Shown here piece after piece: positions 1-14,419 of a stretch of DNA of 64,000 bases (the first letter of the stretch is position 1; each line of letters starts with the position of its first letter). Origin of the DNA: Lytechinus pictus (taxonomy: Eukaryota); NCBI RefSeq assembly GCF_037042905.1, contig NC_087245.1:18478001-18542000 (forward strand), written 5' to 3'. The notes below the pieces were generated by a model. It did not search any database, was not told where the DNA came from, and saw nothing but the letters and a program-made list of their open reading frames with translations. The position numbers and the translations under genes are program-made.

Positions 1-1164
1 TGTAATTATGTAACAGCAAAGTACCTTTACTAACATTCTTAAGAAAAAAATGTAGATATTATTGGCACTTTTGGCAGGTATTATTAATTTAATAGCTATA
101 GCCCACATGATAATTTTATATAGAATACAATGCTTTAATAGTACCATAGGCACACTGAGAAGAGCAAATCAGATTTTTTGTGAGAAGAAAACAAAATGTA
201 CCAGACCTGATTAAATCCAAGATGAACATACACCTGTATTATAAAATGTATTTTATGATCATAAAGAATATGTACTAGTATTAATGTCAATTTTAAGATT
301 AAAAAAATGATATTAAAAAGTATTTTAAATTTTAATAGCAGTACCTGGAAACCAGTCTTTCATTATCGATTATGTACGAGTTATAAGGTAATCGGAATGT
401 TTGTAAATCGCTTCTGAGATTTTTTTCATTCAAAATAAAGATCCTGGGTATAATCATCCTTTCATCAAATCTTGGATGTACTAAATCTTACGATCTTGCT
501 TGCTGACAAATGTGGCTGTATCTAATTTCATTGTATTGTCTGCGCTGCTTGTGTACAAACGAAGATACATCATTCAAATCATGATTATGGCTGACCAAAA
601 TACTATGATGACATAATTTATTGATCGCGCCACATTCCTTCCACAGCCTCTTTGCTTTGTGATATTAAGAAGTGCCACTGTAGATTCATAGAGCTAGATC
701 ATGTAACACAGATATCTGAAAAATTTCAAACTTGTTTTAAATGTGAGCCAGTGCCATCAGTGAAGAAGTTGAGGGTTAGTGAAAGTCAGATACTTTGAAG
801 CAATGTCATCAAAGATCTCATGAATTCACAAGTTGGAGTTTTATCATGCTCCAAACTGTAGTGCAAACACCTAAGATAATCAATTATTGTTCAAACACAA
901 ATGATGCAGATTGTGATCTGAGTATGTTGCCAGATTTAGCTGCATCTTATCCTAATATTATGTGGCATACCGTTAATTCTCAGAAAAATATACCAGAACA
1001 AGAGCTGAACTTTCATCATTTACCAACTTCTAAAAATAGCTAGAATGACATGCAGATTCTAGGAGTTATTACATCCAGCTATCCTCAAGCAATTGAGACT
1101 GACCACAGTCTGTGACACTGAGCCTAATATTTTGTTTTTGTGAATCCTGCCTTTGTCATATATT

Positions 1165-1728
1165 AGGTGTCATGTCCGTTACGCGAATTGTCATGTCCGT
1201 TACGCCATTTTTATGAAAATGAGAAAATGATTGCTACACATGGTAGGGGGTTTAATTCTAACATAGAATCTGAATCTGCTGTACCTTCAGACAAATTTCC
1301 TGTAAGCTGTGAAAACTTTAAGTGAAAAACGTAACGGACATGACACTGATAATGGTAAAGAAATCACATTAATCTGAAGATCGATTTCTCTAAAATTGAT
1401 GAATGGCATGAAATATAACAATGATTTTCTGTTGATTTAAACATTAATCATCTATACAAAAGTTAAAAGAGACCTGTGGGACCTTATTTGCTTTTAGTAG
1501 AGACAGGAAAGTTGAATTGTTTAAAAATAGCCACATTTTTTAGATTTTGCAATTTATTATTTTATTTTTTTGATGATGGAAAAAACCACAAAATTTTATC
1601 AATATTGTGATTTTTCTATTGGAAATTGAAACTTTATAGATTACTTTTTAAGAAAATTTGACTGCTTAAGTGAAATCTGAAACTTCATTTTTTCTCGAAA
1701 GTGAACATTTTCCATGGAATTGCCCATA
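1165..1728. mobile_element. Fragment of a DNA-transposon-like repeat
   Basis: TGTCATGTCCGTTACG duplicated at 1168-1204 with an inverted copy near 1330-1345; terminus-like TTCCATGGAATTGCCCATA near 1710-1728. The other end was not found. Confidence 0.35.
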
Positions 1729-1941
1729 TACTCAAATTATTCTCACAACATTGCTCCAAAGAATCTTTCAAAAATTGTTCTGCACCTGTAAAAAGTCTAT
1801 CAAACAAGAAAATGGAATCCATGTAAAAACATGAAATACCATACATAGATTTCCACAATTATGTACCAATATTGTATGTATCACCACTCTTTATGCCTGC
1901 CCTATTTTCAGGAGGAAAACAATTTAAGATATAGTGATTTT

Positions 1942-2412
1942 GACACCGTTCTCACTACCTTCCTAAAACTAGTTTACTGGAAACCAGTTAAGTGGAAACT
2001 ACATGTAGTTTAACGTGTAATGACAATGGTCGAAGCAATATTGGAAGCGATCTCCTAAACCAGTTAAGAAAACCACCTCGCGATGTAGTTTTTAAGATCG
2101 CTTTGCCTTGTTAAACTGGTTTTAGCGTAAGTAAAGGTCACAACCATTCTTCGGGAAGCGATCTTCGCACATTTTGAGCGTGCTTCTCCACACGACAGGT
2201 GTAGAATGCCTACGCTGTGGTTTTGAATTTGACGCAAAACTTGTCACCCCACTGAGAGCGTTTCCATAGCAACAAGATCGCTTTAAGTGAAGTGACTTTA
2301 AAAACCACTTTCGTGTCATCAAATGAAAACGCTAGCAAAGCGATCTTCCGAACTGGTTTCCTGAACCGGTTTTCAGTAAACTAGTTTTAGAAAGCGTAAT
2401 GAGAACGGTGTC
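1942..2412. mobile_element. MITE family A, 3-bp TSD (Harbinger-like)
   Basis: TIR GACACCGTTCTCA.../...TGAGAACGGTGTC flanked by TTT/TTT; same body as 16586-17048 and ~9790-10223. Confidence 0.85.
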
Positions 2413-3145
2413 TTTGTCTCAAAACAATTAGCATATCAATCTCGAGGGCAAAATATGCTGGAATTAGCTCTGTAGTATTATAGTAAAGGTAACGTTAGCA
2501 GCAGATAAATGAGATGAGGTGTATTTTTGCCTGAATTCATCTTTGGGGAGATATTAGAACATATTGTACATACATGTAGTTCTAATCTGTAAAGTTTGAT
2601 TTTTTGTTAAATGTATGTATGTAATTGGACTTCACTGTATGGAAATAAAAATCGAAGGCTGGTTCCCATGTTTTTAGGACTTAATTGCAGTGTCCCAACA
2701 AATTATGAACTACAACTTTCATATTTCATACACTTCAACATTTCCTTAATAAATAAAACACATTCCAAAATACATGTATCCCTTGAGAAAAACAAATTTT
2801 CAATATTTATGTACAGAAAAAAAAAATCCGTGATCTTCCAGAACTACCCTTGGGTTAAAAATGTTCATATCCATTATGGATGGTATTCAATATTCCCTCT
2901 AACAGAAGTACATCACAATAAATTGGCTTACATGAGAGTCCCCTATGGAAAAGTTACATCAATATTTTTTGTACATAAATAGCCTCATCTGACTTTCATG
3001 AGGAACCGAGATTGATTTTTACCCGAATGCACCAAACCACAAATTTGCTCTTGCTTTCTTCCTCTAGTTACAATACAGGTCCAATTCATTCTGCATCGAA
3101 GTTTAGTGACAATTGAAAAGATGTATTTGGAATATAATTTTATGT

Positions 3146-4160
3146 GGAGCGTTGTGGCCAAGTGGATTAATGTCTGGACTTAGAAACAGAGGATTGTGGG
3201 TTCATATCCTAGCCACACAGTATTTTCCTTCAGCAAGAAATTGATTCTCATTGTGCTGTACTTAACTCAAGTGAGGTACATATGGGCATGGACCTATGAA
3301 AAGATGGACGATTAACGCGAGCATTTCTTTGATCCAATGATAGTCACTGTCACCTGGTTATGCGCATCTTAATGAGAACATACAGGTGTTGTAACAATAG
3401 CAATTACCATGACTACCAAGGGTATCTGATCACTCAAAGACAGAACAGTTTCCCGGTCTTGATTTTTGTTGGCTGATACCCTGTTTCAGCATGTGCCTTT
3501 CAGTCAATATGCCTCATATGTGGAGCAGCAATCTTGAGAAGCAGACAATTTTTATGATATAAAATATGATATTATTCGATCCGCTAACTACCGCTCACAT
3601 ATAAGGACCTCATTAACATTGAGAGATACACGATCTATGTATGTTATGTGTCACATATATATCTAGAATATTATGGAGAAACTTAGGAAAAATGAATTTT
3701 AAATGGTAAAAAATCAATCACAATATTGCCTCTATATTAAAATATGCAGACATTTCCCCAAATAAAACACATGGAACTAAGATTAACAAAGATAAACAAA
3801 AACTGCACATCGATTTTCCATTATTTCAGTGATTTGTTATCAACTGCGCATACAATTTGTGAAATATAAATGTCTAATCACGAACTGCTTCAGTCCCTTC
3901 TCACGGTGACGACCATAGGACCAAAGAAGACTAGTATGAAGAGAATGCTATTCAGATGACAATTACAGTCACCTGTTAAGGAATTCATTATCAAAGCGAT
4001 GAATGTCCATCTCTTCATAGGTCCATGATATGGGTACCTGGCAAGAATTATTTCCTTGAAATGATTATGCGTTGTAAAAGGCTGTCTGCTTAATACTACC
4101 TGGGTAATATCCAAGTCCTTTGTACGCACATAGAGATCTGCACTTCCAAGAACTATATAT
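3146..4160 (+). mobile_element. tRNA-derived SINE, interrupted by a DNA transposon
   Basis: Head GGAGCGTTGTGGCCAAGTGG (box A) and GGTTCATATCC (box B-like). The body resumes after the insertion as ATATGGGTACCTGGCAAG. Confidence 0.7.
3287..4027. mobile_element. Non-autonomous DNA transposon with CATG ends and 7-bp TSD (P-element-like)
   Basis: TIR CATGGACCTATGAAAAGATGGAC / GTCCATCTCTTCATAGGTCCATG; TSD ATATGGG at 3280-3286 and 4028-4034. Confidence 0.8.
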
Positions 4161-4166
4161 TTTTAA

Positions 4167-6528
4167 AGGTCAAGTCCACCCCAGAAAATGTTGATTTGAA
4201 TCAATAGAGAAAAATCTAACAAGCATAATGCTGAAAATTTCATCGAAATTGGATGTAAAATAAGAAAGTTATGACATTTTAAAGTTTCACTTATTTGTTA
4301 GAAAACAGTTATATGCACAACTCAGTGACATGCAAATGAGAGAGACAGTGATGTCCATCACTCACTATTTCTTTTGCTTTTCATTGTTTGAATTATACAA
4401 TGTTTCAATTTTCACCAATTTGACATCAAGGACCAACTTGACTGAACTAAGCCTGAGTAGAATCGATTTTAAAATTGGTGTTCGATCGATGTCATTGAGC
4501 GCCGGTGCAGATTTTGCAAAATCGGTGCATCGAAAAAATTAATAAATAAATAAAAATACGTCGGCCGGCCGATTCGTTTGGTTCACACAATCAACCATCA
4601 AAATAAACAGTAATGTCCAACTTTACTACTACTTACTTGATTTGTAGTCCCCCAAAATGAAACCGATTGTGTAATTATGATGCCTATTCACCATTAATTT
4701 GAAGTTATTTCGATCATAGTTCGAGTCTTACTCGTTTGCTCGTGCCGAGATAATTTATGCACGATCGATGAATTCATGAATGGAAGTCATCGATCGTGCC
4801 GCGCATGCGCAGTACTATGCTTTAATCAAACCAGAAAATAGCTGGAAAATTGACGCGATCAACGTAAAATAAACCTTGCTATCATGAACAATATTAATAT
4901 CATGACCATAGAACATTATTTAATCGTAATATTTAACAATAATTTGCATATGATAATCATTAATGATGTGAAACGTTTGTATTTCAATTTTCAACGACGG
5001 ACATCATATATGACAATCGACTTGAGTGAGTGCACTTGTCTAAAAAAAAATTATCACGTCAGGATTGATTCTCGAACATTGTCAACATGCAGAAACTCTT
5101 TTCAGGAGCGTAATATCACCATATAACATTTTACATGACAAAACAGAGAAAATTGCGTTTGTTTTTTTTTCCCATCAATTTGAAGCTAGTTTGTGCCCAA
5201 CTTTGGGCTTTGATTTCATGAATGGAAAATATGGCCAACGTCAACGAACGCGCATGCGCAATGTGCTTCTTTTCTCGGAGCTCGGAGGAGACGTCCAGAG
5301 ATGGAATAAAAATAAAAATAATGCCAGTATAAAACTATTAATACTTCCATATGAACATGACATACTTTGCTGACATCGTCAATATTTTTAGTATGGCCAT
5401 AAAATCTTAATGAATCGTTATTATTTAACATCCAATAATAATTTATATGAATTTAGAGCTCGATCCGAGACATTCATATTTATTTTGATCGCATGCTCTT
5501 GTCTTGTGTCTAAAATTAAAAAAATTGGATTATCATATCAGGATTAATTTTCGAACATTGTCATAACTCATATTCCACGATCTTTCCTTACAATCGTTAT
5601 ATCAGCATTGAATACCAATTCAAATGACCATCCAGAGAAAATTACGTATTTATTCCCATCAATTTGGAGCTCATTTTGGATCCAACTACACAATCTCAGG
5701 CAAGTTACAGTGATCCCGCTGGTTGCACTTGTTTGCTGGCGCTGGCAAGCACGCCTGTCGTTTCGGGAGAGTGAGTGTAAGGCCGGGGCTGCGGGCGGGG
5801 ATGGTGTGTGCGAGTCTGGACCATGAATGCTAGTTGACCGAAAATCGTTCAGATCGACTCTGCATGATTCATGTCTTTGATATTGTTTGATTTTAAACTC
5901 ATATGTTGTCATCTGCAAATATCATTGTTGATGATATTTTGGGGAAGAATTCTGCATTGGTCCCCGGCTTTTTTGTTTTGTGATCATGGAAAATACAAAC
6001 AAACTTTGCTCTGTCATCTGCTTGTGCAACGCTCACCCGGCCAGTGCATACAATACGTGCGTAGCGCAACGACGCGACGGCCGGAGCTAAAACAAATTGA
6101 CTCGATTTTCCCCGCCGCGCCTTCAAAATTCGATGCGTCGATGTTCGATCGAATTAAAGCTGTCGAACACCGGTTTTCAAAATAATCGATAAGACTCAGG
6201 CTTAGACTGAACCATAAGATGTTAGAACAATACCACATGTTCAGGGACGAATAAAACTTTGTCTCACAGGACAATGAGGAGAGAATTAGAATAATTCATA
6301 TTTCATATAATAAAATACAAAAGAAATAGTGAGTGAGTGATGTCATCATTCCCCTCATTTGCATACCGACCAGGATGTGCATATAACTGTTTTTTTTAAT
6401 TAAGCGAAACTTTAAAATGTCATAACTTTCTTATTTTACATCCGATTTTGATGAAATTTTCGGTGTTATGAGTGTTGGATTTTTCTTTTATTATCCAAAT
6501 CAACTTTTTGCTGGGGTGGACTTGTCCT
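4167..6528. mobile_element. TTAA-targeting MITE family B (Kolobok-like AG..CT ends) carrying a nested element
   Basis: TTAA|AGGTCAAGTCCACCCC ... GGGGTGGACTTGTCCT|TTAA; long imperfect palindrome; at least 4 sibling copies in the window. Confidence 0.88.
4448..6204. mobile_element. Non-autonomous hAT-like element nested in family B
   Basis: TIR TAAGCCTGAGT / ACTCAGGCTTA; exact 8-bp TSD GACTGAAC at 4440-4447 and 6205-6212; CpG-rich. Confidence 0.85.
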
Positions 6529-9507
6529 TTAACATCATCATTATTATTTGTCTATATCAAAGCTAGTATTAAAAATCAATTACAATTTTCAAAATTTCAG
6601 AAAAGTGAAAAGAAAATGTTTGATTAATAGTACTACATTTTGGGGGGACAATCTGTTAAAACTCATTTACATAAGCATTGGTACATGAGATGACCGTTCA
6701 ATATTTTTTCATCCGTCGATTCTTTGTATAATTTAATATTAAAGGATGTTTGGTAATCTCTCTCTCTCTCTCTCAGTAATGTTTTTTTTCTTAAAACATA
6801 AATGTGAAATAAGATTTTAAAATAATGAAAAATTAAATCAACCCTAATATGGACTTTGACCTGCTTCTCTTGGCTTTCATCAAGGCATGCATGCTTGCAA
6901 GGATAATGAATAATCCCATATCTCTCTTGCCACCTAGCCCTGGATAGCACACTTTTGTTTTGATTTCAAAGGGGCCCCCATCCGTGGTATGCTTCACCGC
7001 AAATGCAATTTCAACAGAAAAATCAATACTGGAAAGTTATCACGTGAAAAGAGGCTCCATATTCAGATAATATTCCATCCCTGGGAAAGAATATATACCA
7101 ATCATGATGAAAGCTAGCGGATTGAAAGCATTTTATAATTTCTTTCTGTAGTGACTTTAATGGATAGTAAAAACTACTTGTGAATGATAAGCGATTCCTC
7201 CTAACAATTAGCAAAGCTTCTATACCTTAAACACATGTTTTACATGTTTGGGGCACTTATGGCAAATAAAATATAAAGATTTGAACCTGCCGATTTTTTA
7301 CATTTTGTGAAAAACCAATCTTTATAACTTGTGTCAAAAGAACAAAAAATCAGTTCTTAAAGACTAAGTTTCTACAGTTGGGGAAAAAATCAGGAAAAGT
7401 TTATATGTTTTTTTTTATTTATAAATGTTTAGGGTAGGCCTACAAGTAAATGCATACATGGATATTGGTCTGGATTTTCACGCAACCTACATGTACAATG
7501 CCTAAAATTAGGATGAATTTATTGAGGTTACACTTTTTACTGTGAAAATTTTACATGAAAGTGCTGGAAAAACAAGACCAATACATTGCACACTCATCTT
7601 GATTTATAATAAGATCTTACTTATCAAACTTGTCAGTACGATCTTGACAAAAGATCAAATATTCATTCACATAAAAACAATGTAGACAGACTCCTTCCTC
7701 TGTTCTTTTTTTATTATTATGAAAAGGGTTGTCATGACAACTTACAACCATCAACAAAGTTTACAATGCAGTATTTCCTGCAAAGCCTGCATACAGCTAC
7801 ATGTACATGGTAAAGGCTCAATAATGTGAATTTTGCTAATTATCATCTTTATGTAGGCCTATAGTAACATTCCAATCAATTAAGTGTTATGACTGTTCAA
7901 TATATTTTCATCCCCTGAATAGACATTGCCTCTTTGTGAAATTGTGAATTTTGCATTTGAGGATGTCACGCCTTTTTTTATTTTCATTTTTAATTTTTTT
8001 AATCAAAACAAGCCCTTTGAACACTTAAAAATACAAATTTAGTGACTGCATAATCAGACAGTTTCAGAGATTGTATCTTCCTTTCTCTTTTTTTTCTTTC
8101 CTTTGATTTTTAAAACACATTTTCAAAGTTGTTCAGCAAATTTTAAAAATGATTTTCAGAACAATGGTGTTCAAAGAAACATGAAGATATCTTTCAAAAT
8201 TCCAAATGATAATTAGTTGTACTTTAAAGTAAAATCATTTCATTGTCACTGATTGAATATTTTTCTTTTCAAACAGTATGCAAGTTGGAATTCCTTTTTT
8301 ACATACACTGTGTAGTTGTGAAGTATGAAAAAAAAATTGCATCCAGATACCCAGAAAATAACATGAATTATATTTTAATCAACCAAGAGATGGGGGATTA
8401 CAATATTGCAAGCTCTGGAGCATAAAAATGATAGTATATTAATAGGCCTACACATCCATATGTTCATAGCACCATGACCCATTATGCTTTTTAATAAACA
8501 GGCGGACGGGGTGAACTGGCGGGGAAAATAACCTTCTCTAAAAGTTTCTTCTTGGATTATCCCTTGGTATTAAATGCACATGTATCTCTCATGTCATTAT
8601 GTTAAGTTATGAGGTAAAGAAAGACAGATTTTTGTTGGCTTCGTAAGAATATGACATACAATACAATGTATGTCCCACATGTAGACATTAGTACTCTAAT
8701 AAACATTAATCAGCTTAGTTCAATATGGCCAGACGCACATAGGATCGGCAAGCCTACATGTAAAAACTGTAACTCTAACCTTAACTCAATATTTTCTCTT
8801 ATGCATTTTGTTTGAAAATTTCATATAAAAGTCCTACTGAAGTGTGGCCAGACCATTCAACTTCCATGCCTGCAATGGATAATGTTTCGATTTGGTGGCT
8901 ACGCTCCCTCACTTGTGTCAGTGTTCTATCATTCAGAAATTTGTAAAGTGTGAAAGTGGGTCTCGAGTTCAAAAGGGTGAGAAGCACTGCTTTACTGTAT
9001 GTGTAAACAATGCCATTTTAGCTGATGAATCTCAAGTAACATATTATGCCTTCATGCAAGTGTATGCAATGCAAGTCATGTGCAAGCTTCTCGGGTATCA
9101 AAATCACACTCCATACATATGGCAGTAGAGTGAAAAAGGTATTCAAGTCAGGGATACGACAATGATCAATTTACACAATGAAAAGAAATGGTAATGAACA
9201 TCCTTTTGGGCGTAAATTGACAAGGGTGGGTGACGTGAAGGATTTCTGGCAGTTTTTTGCAAAGCGGGTACAATTGGTGCTTGCATACCCACAACGTAAG
9301 AAAAAATTATTGGAATTTATTCCAGTGAAAATGTTTTTAATAACCCTTGAAAAAAGACAACACCTACAAGCTAGAAGATACATGCACACTTCAAAATAAC
9401 AAGGACTTTTTGCAGGGATTTAAAGGGTTGAAGAGATTTATTACAGAAGTATGCTGTACAACTGGCCAGAGCCTGTTCTAATATCAAAGTGTTAGGACTA
9501 TACTTAC

Positions 9508-9580
9508 TGTTCCCTGTATTGTATATTGCCTTTATACTTTTTCTCATCTTATTTAGCCCACTCCTGTCTGAGTCCAGGGT
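9508..9580 (-). CDS. ASAP: ASAP-family Arf-GAP, second coding exon (start of BAR domain)
   Basis: Acceptor ttatctttgcag|, 73 nt encoding TLDSDRSGLNKMRKSIKAIYNTGN plus 1 nt, donor |gtaagt. Phase 0 start fits exon 1. Matches the ASAP motif LD.DR..L.KMKKSVKAI..SG. Further exons were not found in the window. Confidence 0.93.
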
Positions 9581-9789
9581 CTGCAAAGATAAGAAAAATA
9601 GAAACATATAAAATATATTACTATTATTTTTTAATAGACCTTTCATGTACAGTACTTTGTAATTGGGAATCGCATTTTGAAATATAAATGGATACACTTC
9701 TGGAAAAAGTACAAGAATGTGTATCCCACTTTCCCCGAATGACACCTTTTACTGCTATTACTACTCAAGGACCCCCTTCTTATTACCGC

Positions 9790-10223
9790 CCTAAAACTTG
9801 TATATTGGAAACTACATGTACATGTAGTTTAACGTGTAATGAGAATGGTGGAAGCGGTCTTGGAAGCGATCTTCCAAACCAGTTTGAAAACCACCTTGCT
9901 ATGTAGTTTTCATGATCGCTTCGCCTCGTTAAACAGGTTTTAGCATAAGCGAGGACACAACCATTCTTCAGGAAGGGATCTTCGCACATTTTGAGCGTGC
10001 TATTCCACAAACTATGAGTAGAATGTCTACGCTGCGGTTTCGAATTTTGCGCGAAACATGTCACCCCACTGAGAGCGTTCCCATAGCAACAAGGCCACTT
10101 TACGTGAAATGGTTTTGAAAACCACTTTCGTATGATCAAATGGGAACGCTGGCAAAGCCATCTTCTTAGTTTCCTGAACCGTTTTCCAGTAAACTAGCTT
10201 TAGAATGTATAATGAGAATGGTC
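9790..10223. mobile_element. MITE family A, degraded copy
   Basis: Colinear similarity to 1942-2412 and 16586-17048; ends eroded. Confidence 0.75.
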
Positions 10224-10669
10224 AAGTTCTACCTCCTACTAATATCACACAAGATTATAATTCATTGATTTCTTTTTGTCTACAATTCAGAAGTCACCCA
10301 AGTTTATAGCAGGATGGTGCATGCACATCCCTCCTGGCAAAGTCGGAAAATAAACATTATTTACAATATCTTTGTCAAGATATAAAGCATATGATGAGAG
10401 GTCATTGAATGTGATCTTCTTAGTTTCCTGAACCGTTTTCCAGTAAACTAGTTTTAGAATGTATAATGAGAATGGTCAAGTTCTACCTCCTACTAATATC
10501 ACACAAGATTATAATTCATTGATTTCTTTTTGTCTACAATTCAGAAGTCACCCAAGTTTATAGCAGGATGGTGCATGCACATCCCTCCTGGCAAAGTCGG
10601 AAAATAAACATTATTTATAATATCTTTATCAAGATATAAAGCATATTATGAGAGGTCATTGAATGTGAT
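10160..10669 (+). repeat. Near-perfect tandem duplication, 254-bp period
   Basis: ATCTTCTTAGTTTCCTGAACC...GAATGTGAT begins at 10160 and again at 10414, with only a few substitutions. Confidence 0.92.
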
Positions 10670-13357
10670 AGCTGTCAGTCTAATGGCACATTTTTAATAT
10701 ACTGCATTAAAAAGAATAAACTTCGGAATACAGTTTCAGGGTGTCATTTATCTTGCTAATAACCTGCCTTGTTTTACAACCAGGAAATGTGAACAATCAA
10801 AGAAGAGTTTAATGCAGCAATGTTGTATACTGGATATGCCTATGTATTGTACTGTGTACAAATCCTGAGTGAAGACTTCCCTATTCCAGGATTAAATAAA
10901 GATAAATTAAAAAGCAATCTATTGTCATTACTAATACCGGTGACCCTGCACTACACCTCTGCTGACCTGCCTCTGCATATACACATACATGTAGGCCTAG
11001 TTCAGCAAATTCCTCAAGGGGATATATTTTTTTTAATTCTAAAAAAAATGTTAAATGCAAGACGAACTTAAATAGTCATATTATAATCAAATTTAATATA
11101 AATCATTGCGACATACGGGTCAGTCTTTTAGAGTGCAAAGGAGCTTCAAAGGAACATGATTTGGTGAAATAAAATCATTGACTTCTATTCAATTCTGCTT
11201 TGCCTCAATGAATAGAAGGTCGACTATTTCACCTTGTGCAAAATCTTTGCACTGTTTGATATTTCCATCCCCATCCCGATATTCATCCCAGATGGACAAC
11301 GAATTCTCAAAAAAGGTATACAGATACAGATAATATACAATAATTCTGAATGAGAGCTCTTTCTACATCTTTGCAGAAAAGTTTCCAATAATTATTTACA
11401 GGGGCTATTTAAAACCCTTGATGACACTATAGCATTTGAGAGGGGGGTTGCCCTTATATAGCCCCCCAGGTAAATTTCCCCTGATATATAGTGAGTGAAT
11501 GACCCCTCTATTTGTGCCCTAATTCTTTTTTGCATGCAAGGAGCATGAATATTTTATCTAATTATCTCTGGCTGAGCTGAGATGAGACAGGAAGATCTGT
11601 CAATATAAATCTACAGTGGATCTTTACAGGCGACTGCCTCGGCATCCATTAATAATGAATCCAGGTTCAAATGAAGAAGATACTGTGATTGCATGAAAAT
11701 AGATGTTTGCAAGTTAGTGCAGTGGGTGCATATCATCATTTGCTCACAAAAATTATACAGATCGCTAAAGCTCAAATCTTCCATGACAGATCATTAATAA
11801 TGCAAAGCCCTTTGGGATTGGGAGAGTAGCTCAAAACACATGAAATGCCACATTCAAAAAGACATCATACCATCAATATCAATATGCTATATTATATAAA
11901 TGTGCTTTTTACATGAACATCAAATTTTATGAAATATGTAATGCTACATGTATGATTGTTTGCCTTTTCTCTATTTTGGGGTGGTCTGATTTTGTGGTCT
12001 GAGGGAAAGACCATGAAAAATGTATAGTCAAAATTTAGTTCTAGTTTTCAATAAACTATCAAGTATTTCTGTTGCCACATTGTACATGTTTTTATGTAAT
12101 CATACATTCTAAACAATATACATGTACATGAAACATGTAGGTTCGAGCACCTGGAATGAAGTACTGAGACAACAACACAGGGACAAATCACTTCCTTGAA
12201 ACCTGAAAGACTAGATTCAAGTTCAATTGAAGTGGGCGATACCTGCAGCTGGTAAAGACATCATTTGAATTGAAGAAGATGATGATGATCATTGGTGGTG
12301 AACTAGTATGGCCTGTTCAGATGACAAGGTATTTTACAAAACAACCACCCACATACATGTAAGTTTATTATTTTTACAAAAAGGGAATAATCAAACAGGC
12401 ATAACACAGAAATTTTATTATTTCCAGAAAGGAAAATGAAACACATTTAATTTAAATTAATGAATCCAGTTTCATTAGGTTTCAAAACACAATGATTATG
12501 TACAACACGAATTGGTGGTACACACTAGGGTCAATGACAACACATTATTACCTGTTCATTTGTACAATATAAGGACTACATGTATATGAAAATATCAAAT
12601 ATTTCATTTTTCCTCCAATAACATTATCATGGTTTTACTCCAGCATTGTTGAAAGCAACTGTGATAACAAGTAGAAGCCTTTTAATAATCCAATCCACAC
12701 ACATACATGTAAATGGGGGTGTTCATTATCAATTTTAATATACTAATATAAAGCTTTTTAATCAAATGTTCATACACATGAACACACTCATCATTTATTT
12801 GTACATGTACTTGTAGCTAATACAAGATATTGGTTTTAACAAGGCTCAGAATGAAAGCATTAAAACCATATCACAAAGCATCGGTCTTCAATATGAAACC
12901 AAGTGAGTGCATTTACCACCATTACCAAGTCCCTCTGACAGGAATTCTAGCTGTCAGTCTAAATCAAGTTTACACTTTCTCAGCAGTTGTGTTGATCCAA
13001 TCAACCACAATACAATAATTTTTATTAGTCTGAATGAGGGGTCTTCATAAAAGCAAGTAAAGTGTGAATGTCAGCAGGTGGAGGTTGTTGCTTACATCCA
13101 ATGACTTTAACAGATGGAGGAACAGGACAGACTATTTTCATCTTCATTTCAATGGAAATGATTTCACCTTAGAGTTGGAAAGACTCTTGATGCACCCGAG
13201 GTCCCTTCATTCATGAAATTGCTATCAATAATAAAATGAGGATCAACATTTGCTAAAAAAGCTACTTGTTATTTGCTGTTGATACATGTACCTATACAAA
13301 GAGGCCTGTTTCATGAAGATTTATTTATGATAACTACCACGGAAACCTTCATTTTGA

Positions 13358-14143
13358 GGGTGCGTTTATCCGCCACTTTTTTACCCTAGAATCATGATCT
13401 GAATCATGATTCAAATCATGATTCTGCAGAATCACGATTGCGTTTAGTCGAAATTGAATATAATCATGATTAGAATCACAAACATGAAACACGAAAAAAG
13501 GGGCGTTTGGAAAGATGTTTCTACAGAATCACATACGAAAATGTTCGAATAAACGATATCGTGATTACAATCATGATTCTATGACGTCATTGTGTCGGGC
13601 TACTTTAGGTTTGACTCTTGCCAAGCTTAAGACGCGCTGTGCTCAGTGTATTTATACATAATATGATATGCATGCATTCTGTGTTGGGCATCGCATCGTC
13701 CACTTCTTTTCATCTTCTTTTTGGTCATGTCTTCAACTTCAAGTGAACTAGTAAATGAACTAACTGAACAGACGATGATATCAATTGTTGTTGAGTTAAC
13801 AAGTGTCAATATGAAATTGGATCTACGCTAAAATTTACATCCGAACACAATTTTCGATAAACCGACAAGAAGAATAATAAGTAAACAAATTGTGGTATAA
13901 TAGACTGAATTCGGAAGGTACAGGATTGATTTTTCGAGAGCCAAAACACGTGCGAAAAAGTTGACCCAACTTCCTCTGTCAAACTGCGCACTGTGATGCG
14001 CACTGGATCGGTCCGAATCCGAGGAAAAACAGCTTTAAAATGAAGGTCGTCTGAACGCTGATTCTGTGGTATTGTGATTCATGTTTGTGTTTTAAATCAT
14101 GATTCAAATCATGATTCTGGCTTGAGGTCGCATAAACGCAGCC
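13358..14143. mobile_element. Harbinger-like MITE nested in a smaller degraded MITE (~13301-14226)
   Basis: TGA|GGGTGCGTTTAT ... ATAAACGCAGCC|TGA; subterminal GAATCATGATTC repeats. A related fragment lies at ~21891-22105. Confidence 0.8.
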
Positions 14144-14419
14144 TGATTGGCTCCTGAGCCCTACTTCAATTATGGCAAAGTTACCACATTTTGTATTTTT
14201 TGTATGTCCTTTGTGAAGCAGACCCCTGAACTCTTGTTAAATAGAGGAATTCTTTCTTTCTTTCTTTTTAGAATTTTCTACAATTTTCTGATCCTCACTT
14301 AACAAAATTTTATTCAAAATTGACTTAATTCCTATAAACATTCATGTTCATTAATTTATAATGAAATTACAAAAATTAAGCACTCGAGAGAGTGGATTTG
14401 GCACTATACAAGTCACATT

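Noticed and set aside
1..9507. Search for ASAP exon 3 (expected xHVxNE...ALxxLG)
   Set aside because: No matching phase-1 exon was found by eye; it is probably beyond the left edge, though a short exon could have been missed.
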